DNA of 64,000 nt, taken from the NCBI GenBank assembly GCA_037189525.1, contig JBBCJC010000001.1, forward strand, positions 800,001 to 864,000. Direction: 5' to 3'. The position numbers and the translations under genes are program-made. The DNA is from Gemmatimonadales bacterium. Lineage in GTDB: Bacteria; Gemmatimonadota; Gemmatimonadetes; Gemmatimonadales; GWC2-71-9. Below, piece by piece: positions 1 to 7,794 of the stretch. Within the stretch, counting starts at the first letter, position 1. Each line of letters opens with the position of its first letter. The notes under the pieces are model-generated. The model was not told where the DNA came from and did no database searches. It saw nothing but the letters and a program-made list of their open reading frames with translations.

Positions 1-1
1 C

Positions 2-1171
2 ATCAACATCCCGAGCGGCACGCTCAACGTAGCCGGAGTCCGCGAGGTGGGTCGCGTCTATCGCCGTGAACTCGATGCGATCGGATTCAAAACCAGTTGG
101 GTCGAGCTGCCGCCGGCCTTGCGACGGGCCGGTCATCTCGTGGCCGAATGGCAGGGGCCGCGCTTCCGGCCCGGCGGCAAACGGCTCCTTCTGATCGGCC
201 ATCTCGACACGGTATTCGAGGGCGACTCCGAGAGGTTCGTGCGCAGCGACAGCGTGGTGCGCGGCGCCGGCGCGGTCGACATGAAGGGCGGCAACGTCGC
301 CGTGATCCTTGCACTCAAAGCGCTCAAGGCGTCGGGCGCGCTCGACGCGACCTCGATCATCGTGATCTTCACGGGCGACGAAGAATCGGCCGGCCGGCCG
401 CTGGAGGTGTCCCGCAAGGCGCTGATCGACGCGGCCCGCCGGAGCGACCTGGCTCTGGCGTTCGAAGGTGGCGACGCACGCACCGCGACGATTGCCCGCC
501 GCGGCGCCTCGAGCTGGGTGCTGACCACCACCGGTAAGCAGGCCCACTCTTCGGGCATCTTCCGGGAAGGCACCGGTTTCGGCGCGATCTACGAAAGCGC
601 CCGGATCCTGAACGAGTTCCGGGAACGCCTCTGGAAGCAGCCCTATCTCACCTTCAGCCCCGGCACCATCGTCGGCGGCACCGAGGTGGAATACGACACC
701 GCCACGGTGAGCGGCAAGACGTCGGGCAAGACCAACATCGTGCCACAGCGCGTCGTGGTCCACGGCGATCTGCGCACCCTGACCAAGGGTCAGGAAGATT
801 CGGTCCGCGCCGTGATGCGCGAAATCGTTTCGAACCACCTTCCCGGTACCAGCGCGCGGATCGAGTTCGAAGACGGCTATCCCGGCATGCCACCCACCGA
901 CGGCGGGCGTCAGGCGCTTCGCGTCTTCGATCAGGTGAGCCAGGACCTGGGCTACCCGCCGATCGAAGCGCTGCCGCCTGAGCGACGCGGCGCCGGCGAC
1001 ATCGGGTTCATCGCCGAGATCATTCCCGGCCTGGACGGATTGGGGGTGGACGGCTTCGGCTCACACGCGCCGAGCGAGGGGATGTATCTGCCGTCCCTTC
1101 GGATGGCGGCGCTGCGCGGCGCGGTGTTGATCAACCGTCTCTCGCGCCCGGCGCAGCCCGCCACCGACTGA
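2..1171 (+). CDS. M20/M25/M40 family metallopeptidase (carboxypeptidase G2-like), 5' truncated by the window edge
   Basis: Frame is open from position 2 (INIPSGTLNVAG...). M20 motifs LIGHLDTVF, GAVDMKGG, DEE, GKQAHS and a C-terminal HAPSE are present. Confidence 0.85.
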   Translation: MNIPSGTLNVAGVREVGRVYRRELDAIGFKTSWVELPPALRRAGHLVAEWQGPRFRPGGKRLLLIGHLDTVFEGDSERFVRSDSVVRGAGAVDMKGGNVAVILALKALKASGALDATSIIVIFTGDEESAGRPLEVSRKALIDAARRSDLALAFEGGDARTATIARRGASSWVLTTTGKQAHSSGIFREGTGFGAIYESARILNEFRERLWKQPYLTFSPGTIVGGTEVEYDTATVSGKTSGKTNIVPQRVVVHGDLRTLTKGQEDSVRAVMREIVSNHLPGTSARIEFEDGYPGMPPTDGGRQALRVFDQVSQDLGYPPIEALPPERRGAGDIGFIAEIIPGLDGLGVDGFGSHAPSEGMYLPSLRMAALRGAVLINRLSRPAQPATD

Positions 1172-1175
1172 AGGG

Positions 1176-2330
1176 TCAGTACCGATTGAGGGAGGGATCC
1201 ACGTCGGTCCGCCAGGCGAGGATCCCGCCCGACAGGTTGGTAACCTGGGCAAACCCGGCATCGACCAGCTGTTCTGCTGCCTGCAAGCTCCGCACACCAC
1301 CCTTGCAGTAGACCACGATCTCTCGATCACGCGGGAGCTGCTCCAGCGACCGACCGACCTCGCCCAACGGAATCAGCTCGGCCCCTTCGATCCGCGCGAT
1401 GGCCCATTCATGCGGCTCGCGCACGTCGAGCAGGAAGAAGTCGTCGCCCCGCTTCCGCTTGGCATCGAGCTCGGTGGCCGAGATGTCGCGCACGCCGGAC
1501 TTGGCGGGCGGCACTTCGCAGGCCACGTCGAGATCGACCAGTTCCTTGATCTCGCGCGTCCCGCACGCCGGGCAGTTCGGATCCTTGCGCACCTTGAGCC
1601 GGCGGAACTGCATGTCGAGCGCGTCGACCAGCAGCAGCTCGCCGATCAGCGGCCGGCCGATGCCCAGCACCAGCTTGATGGCCTCGGTGGCCTGAATGGT
1701 TCCGACCAGACCCGGCAGGACACCCAGCACGCCACCTTCGGCGCAATTGGGCACCGCGCCGGCCGGCGGCGGAACCCGGAAGAGGCAGCGATAGCAGGGA
1801 CCATCCTTGGTCGCAAAGACCGACGCCTGGCCTTCGAACCGGAAGATGCTGCCGTACGCGTTAGGCACCCCGGTCAGCACGCAGGCATCGTTGACCAGGT
1901 AACGGGTCCCGAAGTTGTCGGTCCCGTCCACCACGACATCATATCCTTCGATGATCTCGAGCGCATTCTCGGCCGAGAGCCGCGTATCGTAGCGCTCGAT
2001 TTTGGTGTACGGGTTCAGATTGAGCAGCCGCGCTTCGGCGGAGTCGAGCTTCGACTGGCCGACCGTGCTGGTGCTGTGCAGGATCTGGCGCTGCAGGTTC
2101 GAAGCATCGACCGTGTCGAAATCGACGATTCCCAAATGACCGACACCCGCAGCGGCCAGATAGAGCGCCACCGGCGAGCCGAGCCCGCCGGCGCCGACGA
2201 CGAGGATACGCGCCTTCTTGAGCTGTTCCTGCCCGGCAAGCCCGACTTCCGGCAGAATGATATGGCGGCTGTAGCGAACCAGTTCGTCCTGGTTCAGCGT
2301 CCCAGCGGCCCGAGGAGCAACTGATGCCAT
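1176..2330 (-). CDS. moeB: MoeB/MoeZ-type sulfur-carrier adenylyltransferase with C-terminal rhodanese domain
   Basis: RYSRHIILPEVG, GAGGLGSP, SNLQRQ, DGTDNF, CYRC and CPAC zinc motifs, rhodanese LLDVREPHEW...CKGGVRS. Start placed at ATG 2330 after a GGAGG-like RBS. Confidence 0.92.
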   Translation of the reverse strand: MASVAPRAAGTLNQDELVRYSRHIILPEVGLAGQEQLKKARILVVGAGGLGSPVALYLAAAGVGHLGIVDFDTVDASNLQRQILHSTSTVGQSKLDSAEARLLNLNPYTKIERYDTRLSAENALEIIEGYDVVVDGTDNFGTRYLVNDACVLTGVPNAYGSIFRFEGQASVFATKDGPCYRCLFRVPPPAGAVPNCAEGGVLGVLPGLVGTIQATEAIKLVLGIGRPLIGELLLVDALDMQFRRLKVRKDPNCPACGTREIKELVDLDVACEVPPAKSGVRDISATELDAKRKRGDDFFLLDVREPHEWAIARIEGAELIPLGEVGRSLEQLPRDREIVVYCKGGVRSLQAAEQLVDAGFAQVTNLSGGILAWRTDVDPSLNRY

Positions 2331-2334
2331 CGTG

Positions 2335-2610
2335 TTACCCTCCTGCGATGGCGGACACGACACTGATGTCGTCGCCATCCTTGACCGGGGTGTCGAGGCC
2401 GCTCAGGAACCGGGCATCCTCGTCGTTGACGTAAATCGTGACGAACGCGTTGGCCGGATCGGTGGCCTGTTCGAGCCGGCGACCGAGTTCCGGGTAGTCG
2501 CGGGTGACGTGACCGAGCGCCTCGCCCAGCGTGGCACCGGCAACCGTGTGAGCTTTGAGACCGCCGGCGTGACGCGCGAGAACGGTGGGAAGCGTGATGG
2601 TGACAGCCAT
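2335..2610 (-). CDS. MoaD/ThiS/CysO-family ubiquitin-like sulfur carrier protein (91 aa)
   Basis: MAVTITLPTVL...FVTIYVNDEDARFLSGLDTPVKDGDDISVVSAIAGG; C-terminal Gly-Gly; lies between the thrC-like gene and moeB. Confidence 0.92.
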   Translation of the reverse strand: MAVTITLPTVLARHAGGLKAHTVAGATLGEALGHVTRDYPELGRRLEQATDPANAFVTIYVNDEDARFLSGLDTPVKDGDDISVVSAIAGG

Positions 2611-2626
2611 GATAATACTCCGTTCT

Positions 2627-3880
2627 CTAGTGTTGGTACGCGTCCACGACCTTCGCCACTTCGCCGAGCTTGCTCGAGACGACGGGAATGTCGAAGAAGT
2701 CGGGTGATACGGCATCGGGCGTCTTGAGCCCGTGCGCCGTGACACAGATGACAACCTCGTCATCCGCCTTGAAATGCCCCTTCGCAGCGAGCGCCTGCGC
2801 CGCAGCAGCGGTGACACCGCCAGCCGTTTCCGTGAAGACGCCGGTCGTCTCGGCCAGGATCCGGATGGCCTTGATCAGGTCCTCATCCGAGACCGCCGCA
2901 GCCCAGCCGCCGCTGTCGCGGATGCATTGGGCCGCGCGGGCGCCGTCCGCCGGCGCGCCGATCGCCAGCGACTTGGCGATGGTGTTCGGAATCACCGGCG
3001 TGATCGTCGTGGCCCCGCTCTCGACCGCATTGACGATGGGCGAGCAGCCGGACGCCTGCGCTCCGTAGAGCCGCGGCGCCGGGCCGTCGACCAGACCGGC
3101 GGCGCGGAACTCGCCGAAGCCCTTGTACAGCTTCGACAGGAGCGACCCGCCGGCCAGCGGTGCCACCACCGCCGTCGGCAGCCGCCATCCGAGCTGCTCG
3201 GCGATCTCGAACGCCACCGTCTTGGAGCCTTCGCCGTAGTAGGGGCGCAGGTTGACGTTGACGATGCCCCAGGCGTAGCGATCCGCCAGCTGGGCACAGA
3301 GCCGGTTCACGTCGTCGTAGTTGCCCTTGATCTTGAGCACCCGCGCGCCGGCCACGGCCGAGGCGAGGATCTTGGCGGGCTCGAGCGTCTCGGGCACCAG
3401 GACCCAGGCCGGAATCCCGGCCCGCGCCGCATGCGCAGCCACCGCGATGGCGAGGTTCCCGGTGGAGGCGCAACCGATCGTGCCGAGGCCAAGGCCGGCC
3501 GCTGCGTTGATGGCACTGGCTACGACGCGATCTTTGAACGAAAGGGTCGGGTGGGCTACCGTGTCGTTCTTGACCCAGGCCCGGGCCACCCCGAGCAGGG
3601 CCGCCAACCGCGGGGCTTCGACCAGCGGAGTAAAGCCGGTGTCGAGGGAGTGGATCGGCTCGCCCAGGAACGGGAGCCATTCACGGTAACGCCAGAGCGA
3701 GGGGGCCCGATCCGCGATCTCTTCGCGGCTCGGCAGGCGCCGGCTCGGATCGTAATAGGGCTCGAGGGGTCCGAGACATTCCGGACAGATGGCCTGCGCA
3801 ATCGGCTCGTGCGAGATCCCGCAGTGGCCGCAGACGAGGGGAACCGGCTGGGTAGCAGCTTCGAGCGAAACGACGGTCAA
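2627..3880 (-). CDS. Threonine-synthase-family PLP enzyme (candidate O-phosphohomoserine sulfhydrylase)
   Basis: PTLSFKDR PLP-lysine motif, CASTGNLA, EGSKTVAFEIAEQLGW, N-terminal CxxC...CxxC. TTG start with a GGAG-type RBS. Confidence 0.88.
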   Translation of the reverse strand: MTVVSLEAATQPVPLVCGHCGISHEPIAQAICPECLGPLEPYYDPSRRLPSREEIADRAPSLWRYREWLPFLGEPIHSLDTGFTPLVEAPRLAALLGVARAWVKNDTVAHPTLSFKDRVVASAINAAAGLGLGTIGCASTGNLAIAVAAHAARAGIPAWVLVPETLEPAKILASAVAGARVLKIKGNYDDVNRLCAQLADRYAWGIVNVNLRPYYGEGSKTVAFEIAEQLGWRLPTAVVAPLAGGSLLSKLYKGFGEFRAAGLVDGPAPRLYGAQASGCSPIVNAVESGATTITPVIPNTIAKSLAIGAPADGARAAQCIRDSGGWAAAVSDEDLIKAIRILAETTGVFTETAGGVTAAAAQALAAKGHFKADDEVVICVTAHGLKTPDAVSPDFFDIPVVSSKLGEVAKVVDAYQH

Positions 3881-3968
3881 GGGACTCTCTCTCCATCCCC
3901 ACGCGTCTCTGGTCTCGAGGCACCGGCAAAGAAAATCGCCCGGGTGCCAAAAGACACGCGAGCGCGTG

Positions 3969-4020
3969 GCTTTTTAGCGTTTGTTTAGCGTGGCCGCAAT
4001 ATGCCGCAAATTGCCACGAG
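3969..4020 (-). ncRNA. SAM-II/SAM-V-like riboswitch aptamer
   Basis: Minus strand reads CUCGUGGCAAUUUGCGGCAUAUUGCGGCCACGCUAAACAAACGCUAAAAAGC. P1 is CGUGGC/GCCACG; loop UUUG and UUGCG can pair with 3' CAAA and CGCUAA, the SAM-II-type pseudoknot. It sits in the 5' UTR of a sulfur-related operon. Confidence 0.75.
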
Positions 4021-4037
4021 CCAACAATTGTCCCCAA

Positions 4038-4066
4038 ACGCTAACACTCGGCCCCGAATCGCGCAA
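4038..4066 (-). promoter_or_regulatory. Putative sigma70 promoter for the riboswitch/thrC-like operon
   Basis: TTGCGC-N17-TAGCGT on the minus strand; predicted start about 4031, just upstream of the aptamer. Confidence 0.5.
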
Positions 4067-4078
4067 GGGGGTGGGCTC

Positions 4079-4107
4079 TTGCGGCCGGAAGGGCCGCTCA
4101 CTAGCTT
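4079..4107 (+). promoter_or_regulatory. Putative sigma70 promoter for leader-asd-lysC
   Basis: TTGCGG-N17-TAGCTT; predicted start at about 4114-4115, coinciding with the leader ATG. Confidence 0.55.
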
Positions 4108-4114
4108 GTCGGCC

Positions 4115-4213
4115 ATGTTCGCAACGAAGCGCACCGGCACGACGTCCACGACCTTCATGACGAAGGGCGGCATGACCATGTGCAGCCGGCGCGGCGCGAA
4201 CGACACAGACTGA
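4115..4213 (+). CDS. Putative attenuator leader peptide, 32 aa, Thr/Met/Lys-rich
   Basis: MFATKRTGTTSTTFMTKGGMTMCSRRGANDTD: 9 Thr, 4 Met, 2 Lys; followed by an intrinsic terminator and then asd. Confidence 0.75.
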   Translation: MFATKRTGTTSTTFMTKGGMTMCSRRGANDTD

Positions 4214-4242
4214 CGCAAGTAACCAGACTGGATTGTCCAACG

Positions 4243-4278
4243 CCCCGCGCCTCGAACGAGCGCGGGGTTTTTCATTTT
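4243..4278 (+). terminator. Attenuator terminator hairpin upstream of asd
   Basis: CCCCGCGC-N9-GCGCGGGG followed by TTTTTCATTTT, ending about 15 nt before the asd start. Confidence 0.8.
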
Positions 4279-4292
4279 CGAGGAGCGTTCTC

Positions 4293-5348
4293 GTGACGTC
4301 CCGCATCCCTGTTGCCATTCTCGGTGCCACCGGCACCGTCGGCCAGAAGCTGATTCGCCTGTTGGACAACCATCCCTGGTTCGAAGTCGCCGTGCTCACG
4401 GCCTCCGATGCCAGCGCCGGGCGCCCCTACGCCGAGGTGGTGCGCTGGCGCGAGTCTACGGAGCTGCCGGAACGGGTCGGCAAGCTGGTGATCCAGTCGA
4501 GCACCACCGCCGCCGATGTCCCGCTCGCATTCTCCGCGCTCGACACCCAGGCCGCGGTCACCATCGAACCGATCTGGGCCAACGCGGGTGTGGTGATCGT
4601 CACCAACGCCAGCCCGACCCGGATGGACCCCGATGTCCCGCTCGTGGTGGCCGAGATCAACCCGGAGCACATCGGCCTGCTGCCGCATCAGCGCACCAAG
4701 CGTGGGTGGCCCGGCGCGATCGTCGCCAACCCGAACTGCACCACGACGGGATTGGTCCTTGCCTTGGCTCCGCTACATGCGCAGTTCGGGATCGACCGCC
4801 TGGTGGTGTCGACCATGCAAGCCATCTCGGGCGCCGGCTGGCCGGGAGTGGCGTCGCTCGACATTACCGGCAACGTGGTGCCCTACATCGGCGGCGAGGA
4901 GGAAAAGGTCGAGAGCGAAACCCGGAAAATTCTGGGTCGGTTCGACGGCACTGCGATTGCCGAGGCGCCCGTGATCGTGAGCGCGCACACCAACCGCGTA
5001 CCGGTCATCGATGGGCACACCGAAACGGTGTCGATCGGATTCACCAGGCGGGTGTCGCCCGAAGAAGTTCGTGAGGCGCTGGCCTCCTGGCGTCCGGATC
5101 CGCGGATCCAGGCGCTGCCGTCGACGCCAGATTATCCCGTCGTGGTCGACGACCGCCCCGATCGGCCGCAGCCGCGGCTCGATATCGAACGGGGACGCGG
5201 CATGACGGCGACGGTCGGACGCATCCGCCCCTGCCCGGTCTTCGACATCCGCTTCGTCGTGCTGAGCCACAACACGGTTCGCGGCGCGGCGGGCGCCACC
5301 ATTCAGAACGCTGAACTGCTGGTCAGCGAAGGGATCGTGGCGCGATGA
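4293..5348 (+). CDS. asd: Aspartate-semialdehyde dehydrogenase
   Basis: VAILGATGTVGQ Rossmann motif, ANPNCTT catalytic Cys, QAISGAG, RVPVIDGH, HNTVRGAAG. GTG start after GAGGAG. Confidence 0.95.
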   Translation: MTSRIPVAILGATGTVGQKLIRLLDNHPWFEVAVLTASDASAGRPYAEVVRWRESTELPERVGKLVIQSSTTAADVPLAFSALDTQAAVTIEPIWANAGVVIVTNASPTRMDPDVPLVVAEINPEHIGLLPHQRTKRGWPGAIVANPNCTTTGLVLALAPLHAQFGIDRLVVSTMQAISGAGWPGVASLDITGNVVPYIGGEEEKVESETRKILGRFDGTAIAEAPVIVSAHTNRVPVIDGHTETVSIGFTRRVSPEEVREALASWRPDPRIQALPSTPDYPVVVDDRPDRPQPRLDIERGRGMTATVGRIRPCPVFDIRFVVLSHNTVRGAAGATIQNAELLVSEGIVAR

Positions 5349-6682
5349 TCATCGCCAAGTTCGGCGGCACCTCGGTTGCCGATGCCGCCGCCATCAAGCG
5401 CCTGGTGAGCATCATCGCCTCGCGCCGCGAAGAACGGCCGGTCGTCGTGGTCTCGGCGCTGGCCGGCATGACCGACGCGCTGCTCGATCTCGAACATGCC
5501 GGGGCCACGATCGAGCCTCGTCTTGCCGCCATCCTGGAGCGTCACCGGACCGTGGCCGCCGAACTGGCGCTCCCCGCCGCGGTGATCGGTCGGATCGAGG
5601 ACGACATTCTGGCGCTCCGGCAGTGGCTCCTGGTCCGCACCGGTAGTCCCTGGCGACCGTTCGAATCGGATCACGTCGTGAGTCACGGCGAACTCTGGAG
5701 TTCGCGACTGGTGGCCGCCGCGCTCGAAACGGCATGGGTCGCCAGTACCTGGATCGATGCGCGTCACGTCGTCGTCACCGACGCCCGGTTCACCAAAGCG
5801 GCACCCCAGATCGACGAGATCCGGCGCCGCGCCCGACAGATCATTCTCCCGCCGACCGACACCGGCATCGTGCCCGTGACCCAAGGGTTCATCGGCGCCA
5901 CCGCCGACGGCCAGACCACCACGCTGGGACGCGGCGGGTCCGATTACACCGCCTCTCTGCTGGGCGCCGCACTCGACGCCGCGCGGGTCGAAATCTGGAC
6001 CGATGTCGATGGCATCCTCTCGGCCGACCCGCGGATCGTGCCCGATGCGCACCTGCTGGCAGAAGCCAGCTATCACGAAGCCGCGGAGCTGGCGGCGTTC
6101 GGTGCCAAGGTGCTGCACCCCGCGACGCAGTCGCCGCTGGTCGACGCCGGGATTCCCTGCTGGGTTCTCAACTCGTTCGCACCCGAACGGCCGGGCACCC
6201 GCATCGTGGCCGGCGCGCGACCGACCTTCGTGGGGAACTCGCCGGTGCGCTCGATTGCCTGGAAGCGCGGCATCACAATCATCAACGTGCGGGCGCCCCG
6301 CCGGCTCGGCGCGGTCGAGTTCCTGCAGCAGCTGTTCGGCGTCTTTGCCGCTCATAGCGTGGCGGTCGACGTGCTGGCATCGAGCGAAGTCAACGTCTCC
6401 GTCACCATCGATGGCAGCAGCGAGCGGACCGGCCTGCTCCGGGATCTGCAGAATCTGGGCACCGTGACGGTCCTCGACGGCCGAGCCATCGTGGCAGTCA
6501 TCGGGGTCGACCTGCGAGGCAGCCGAGGACTCTCGGCCCGCTTGTTCCACGCGGTGCGTGACGTCAACATTGAGGTGATCTCGCAGGGAGCCTCGGAGAT
6601 CAACGTCACCTTCGTGGTCCGCGAAGAGGACGGGCCAGCGGCGGTCAAGGCACTCCACCGGGAGTTCTTCTCCGCCGCCTGA
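5345..6682 (+). CDS. lysC: Aspartate kinase with C-terminal ACT domains
   Basis: KFGGTSV, VVVSA, TTTLGRGGSDYTA, IWTDVDG, FGAKVLHP, ISQGASEIN. ATGA overlap with asd. Confidence 0.95.
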   Translation: MIIAKFGGTSVADAAAIKRLVSIIASRREERPVVVVSALAGMTDALLDLEHAGATIEPRLAAILERHRTVAAELALPAAVIGRIEDDILALRQWLLVRTGSPWRPFESDHVVSHGELWSSRLVAAALETAWVASTWIDARHVVVTDARFTKAAPQIDEIRRRARQIILPPTDTGIVPVTQGFIGATADGQTTTLGRGGSDYTASLLGAALDAARVEIWTDVDGILSADPRIVPDAHLLAEASYHEAAELAAFGAKVLHPATQSPLVDAGIPCWVLNSFAPERPGTRIVAGARPTFVGNSPVRSIAWKRGITIINVRAPRRLGAVEFLQQLFGVFAAHSVAVDVLASSEVNVSVTIDGSSERTGLLRDLQNLGTVTVLDGRAIVAVIGVDLRGSRGLSARLFHAVRDVNIEVISQGASEINVTFVVREEDGPAAVKALHREFFSAA

Positions 6683-6705
6683 TCGGCTCTGCCCAGGGGG
6701 CGCGC

Positions 6706-7587
6706 GTGCCGGAACTACCGGATATCGCCACGTATGTCGAAGCGCTGGGGGAACGGATTCAGGGCCACGTGCTCCAGGACGTCAGGCTGCGCACGCCGTT
6801 CCTGCTCCGCTCCGTCGATCCGCCGCTCAGCGCCGTGCACGGCAAGCGGGTCGACGCGATCAGGCGGCTCGGCAAGCGGATCGTCCTGGTGTTCGAGGAC
6901 GATCTCTTCCTCGTAATTCACCTGATGATTGCGGGACGGCTCCACTGGAAACCAGCCGGCGCCAAGATCGGCAGCAAGATTTCCCTCGCGGCATTCGACT
7001 TCGACACCGGCACGCTGACACTGACCGAAGCGGGCAGCAAGCGGCGCGCTTCGCTGCACGTGGCACGCGGTGACAACCTGGCGGAGTTCGATCGGGGCGG
7101 GCTCGACCTCTTTACCGCAACGGTTGACGATTTCCGGAACCGCATCCTGGCCGGCAACCACACCTTGAAGCGCGCCCTGACCGACCCCAGGGCATTCGAC
7201 GGCATCGGCAACGCGTTTTCTGACGAGATCCTTCACGCTGCGCGGCTATCACCCCTCAAGCTGACTCGCCGGCTTTCGGACGAGGAGATCACTCGGCTCT
7301 TCGAGGCCTGCCGTTCGGTGCTCCAGACCTGGATCGTCCGCTTCAGGAACGACCGGGCCGGCGACTTTCCCGAGAAGGTCACCGCTTTCCGACCCGAGAT
7401 GGCTGTGCATGGTAGGTTCGGCCAGCCTTGCCCCGACTGCGGCACTCCGGTCCAGCGAATCCGCTACGCCGACAACGAAACCAACTACTGCGCCCGCTGC
7501 CAGACCGACGGCCGCCTCCTCGCGGATCGGGCCATGTCGCGCTTGCTCAAACAGGACTGGCCGCGCTCGATCGACGAGCTCGATTGA
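6706..7587 (+). CDS. Fpg/Nei family DNA glycosylase/AP lyase
   Basis: N-terminal MPELP, RLGKRI, HLMIAGRL, H2TH GIGNAFSDEIL, C-terminal CPDC...CARCQ zinc finger. Confidence 0.9.
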   Translation: MPELPDIATYVEALGERIQGHVLQDVRLRTPFLLRSVDPPLSAVHGKRVDAIRRLGKRIVLVFEDDLFLVIHLMIAGRLHWKPAGAKIGSKISLAAFDFDTGTLTLTEAGSKRRASLHVARGDNLAEFDRGGLDLFTATVDDFRNRILAGNHTLKRALTDPRAFDGIGNAFSDEILHAARLSPLKLTRRLSDEEITRLFEACRSVLQTWIVRFRNDRAGDFPEKVTAFRPEMAVHGRFGQPCPDCGTPVQRIRYADNETNYCARCQTDGRLLADRAMSRLLKQDWPRSIDELD

Positions 7588-7794
7588 TCGACCCCGCGCC
7601 GAGACTCAACCGTTCGGTGCGTTCAATCGCAGTCATCCGGGTCCTCCTCGCTCCTCAGGCTCTGATTTCTAGGGCGAGCGGACCTTTTCAGACCGACACG
7701 AAACTCGTTCCAGTTAGAAACCTTTCCGAATCGCCAGACGTAGGTGGACAAATCCCGGTCCCTTCACGCCCGCACCACCCGAGCTCAAGTGCCC

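Noticed and set aside
1176..2610. Molybdopterin or thiamine biosynthesis operon, or a ubiquitin-like defence system
   Set aside because: There are no moaA/moaC/moaE or thiG genes and no E2/JAB or nucleotidyltransferase partners. The context (PLP enzyme, SAM-type leader, asd-lysC) favours sulfur amino acid synthesis.
4233..4292. N-terminal extension of Asd given by the ORF track
   Set aside because: It runs through the terminator hairpin; GTG 4293 has a GAGGAG RBS and directly precedes the Rossmann motif.
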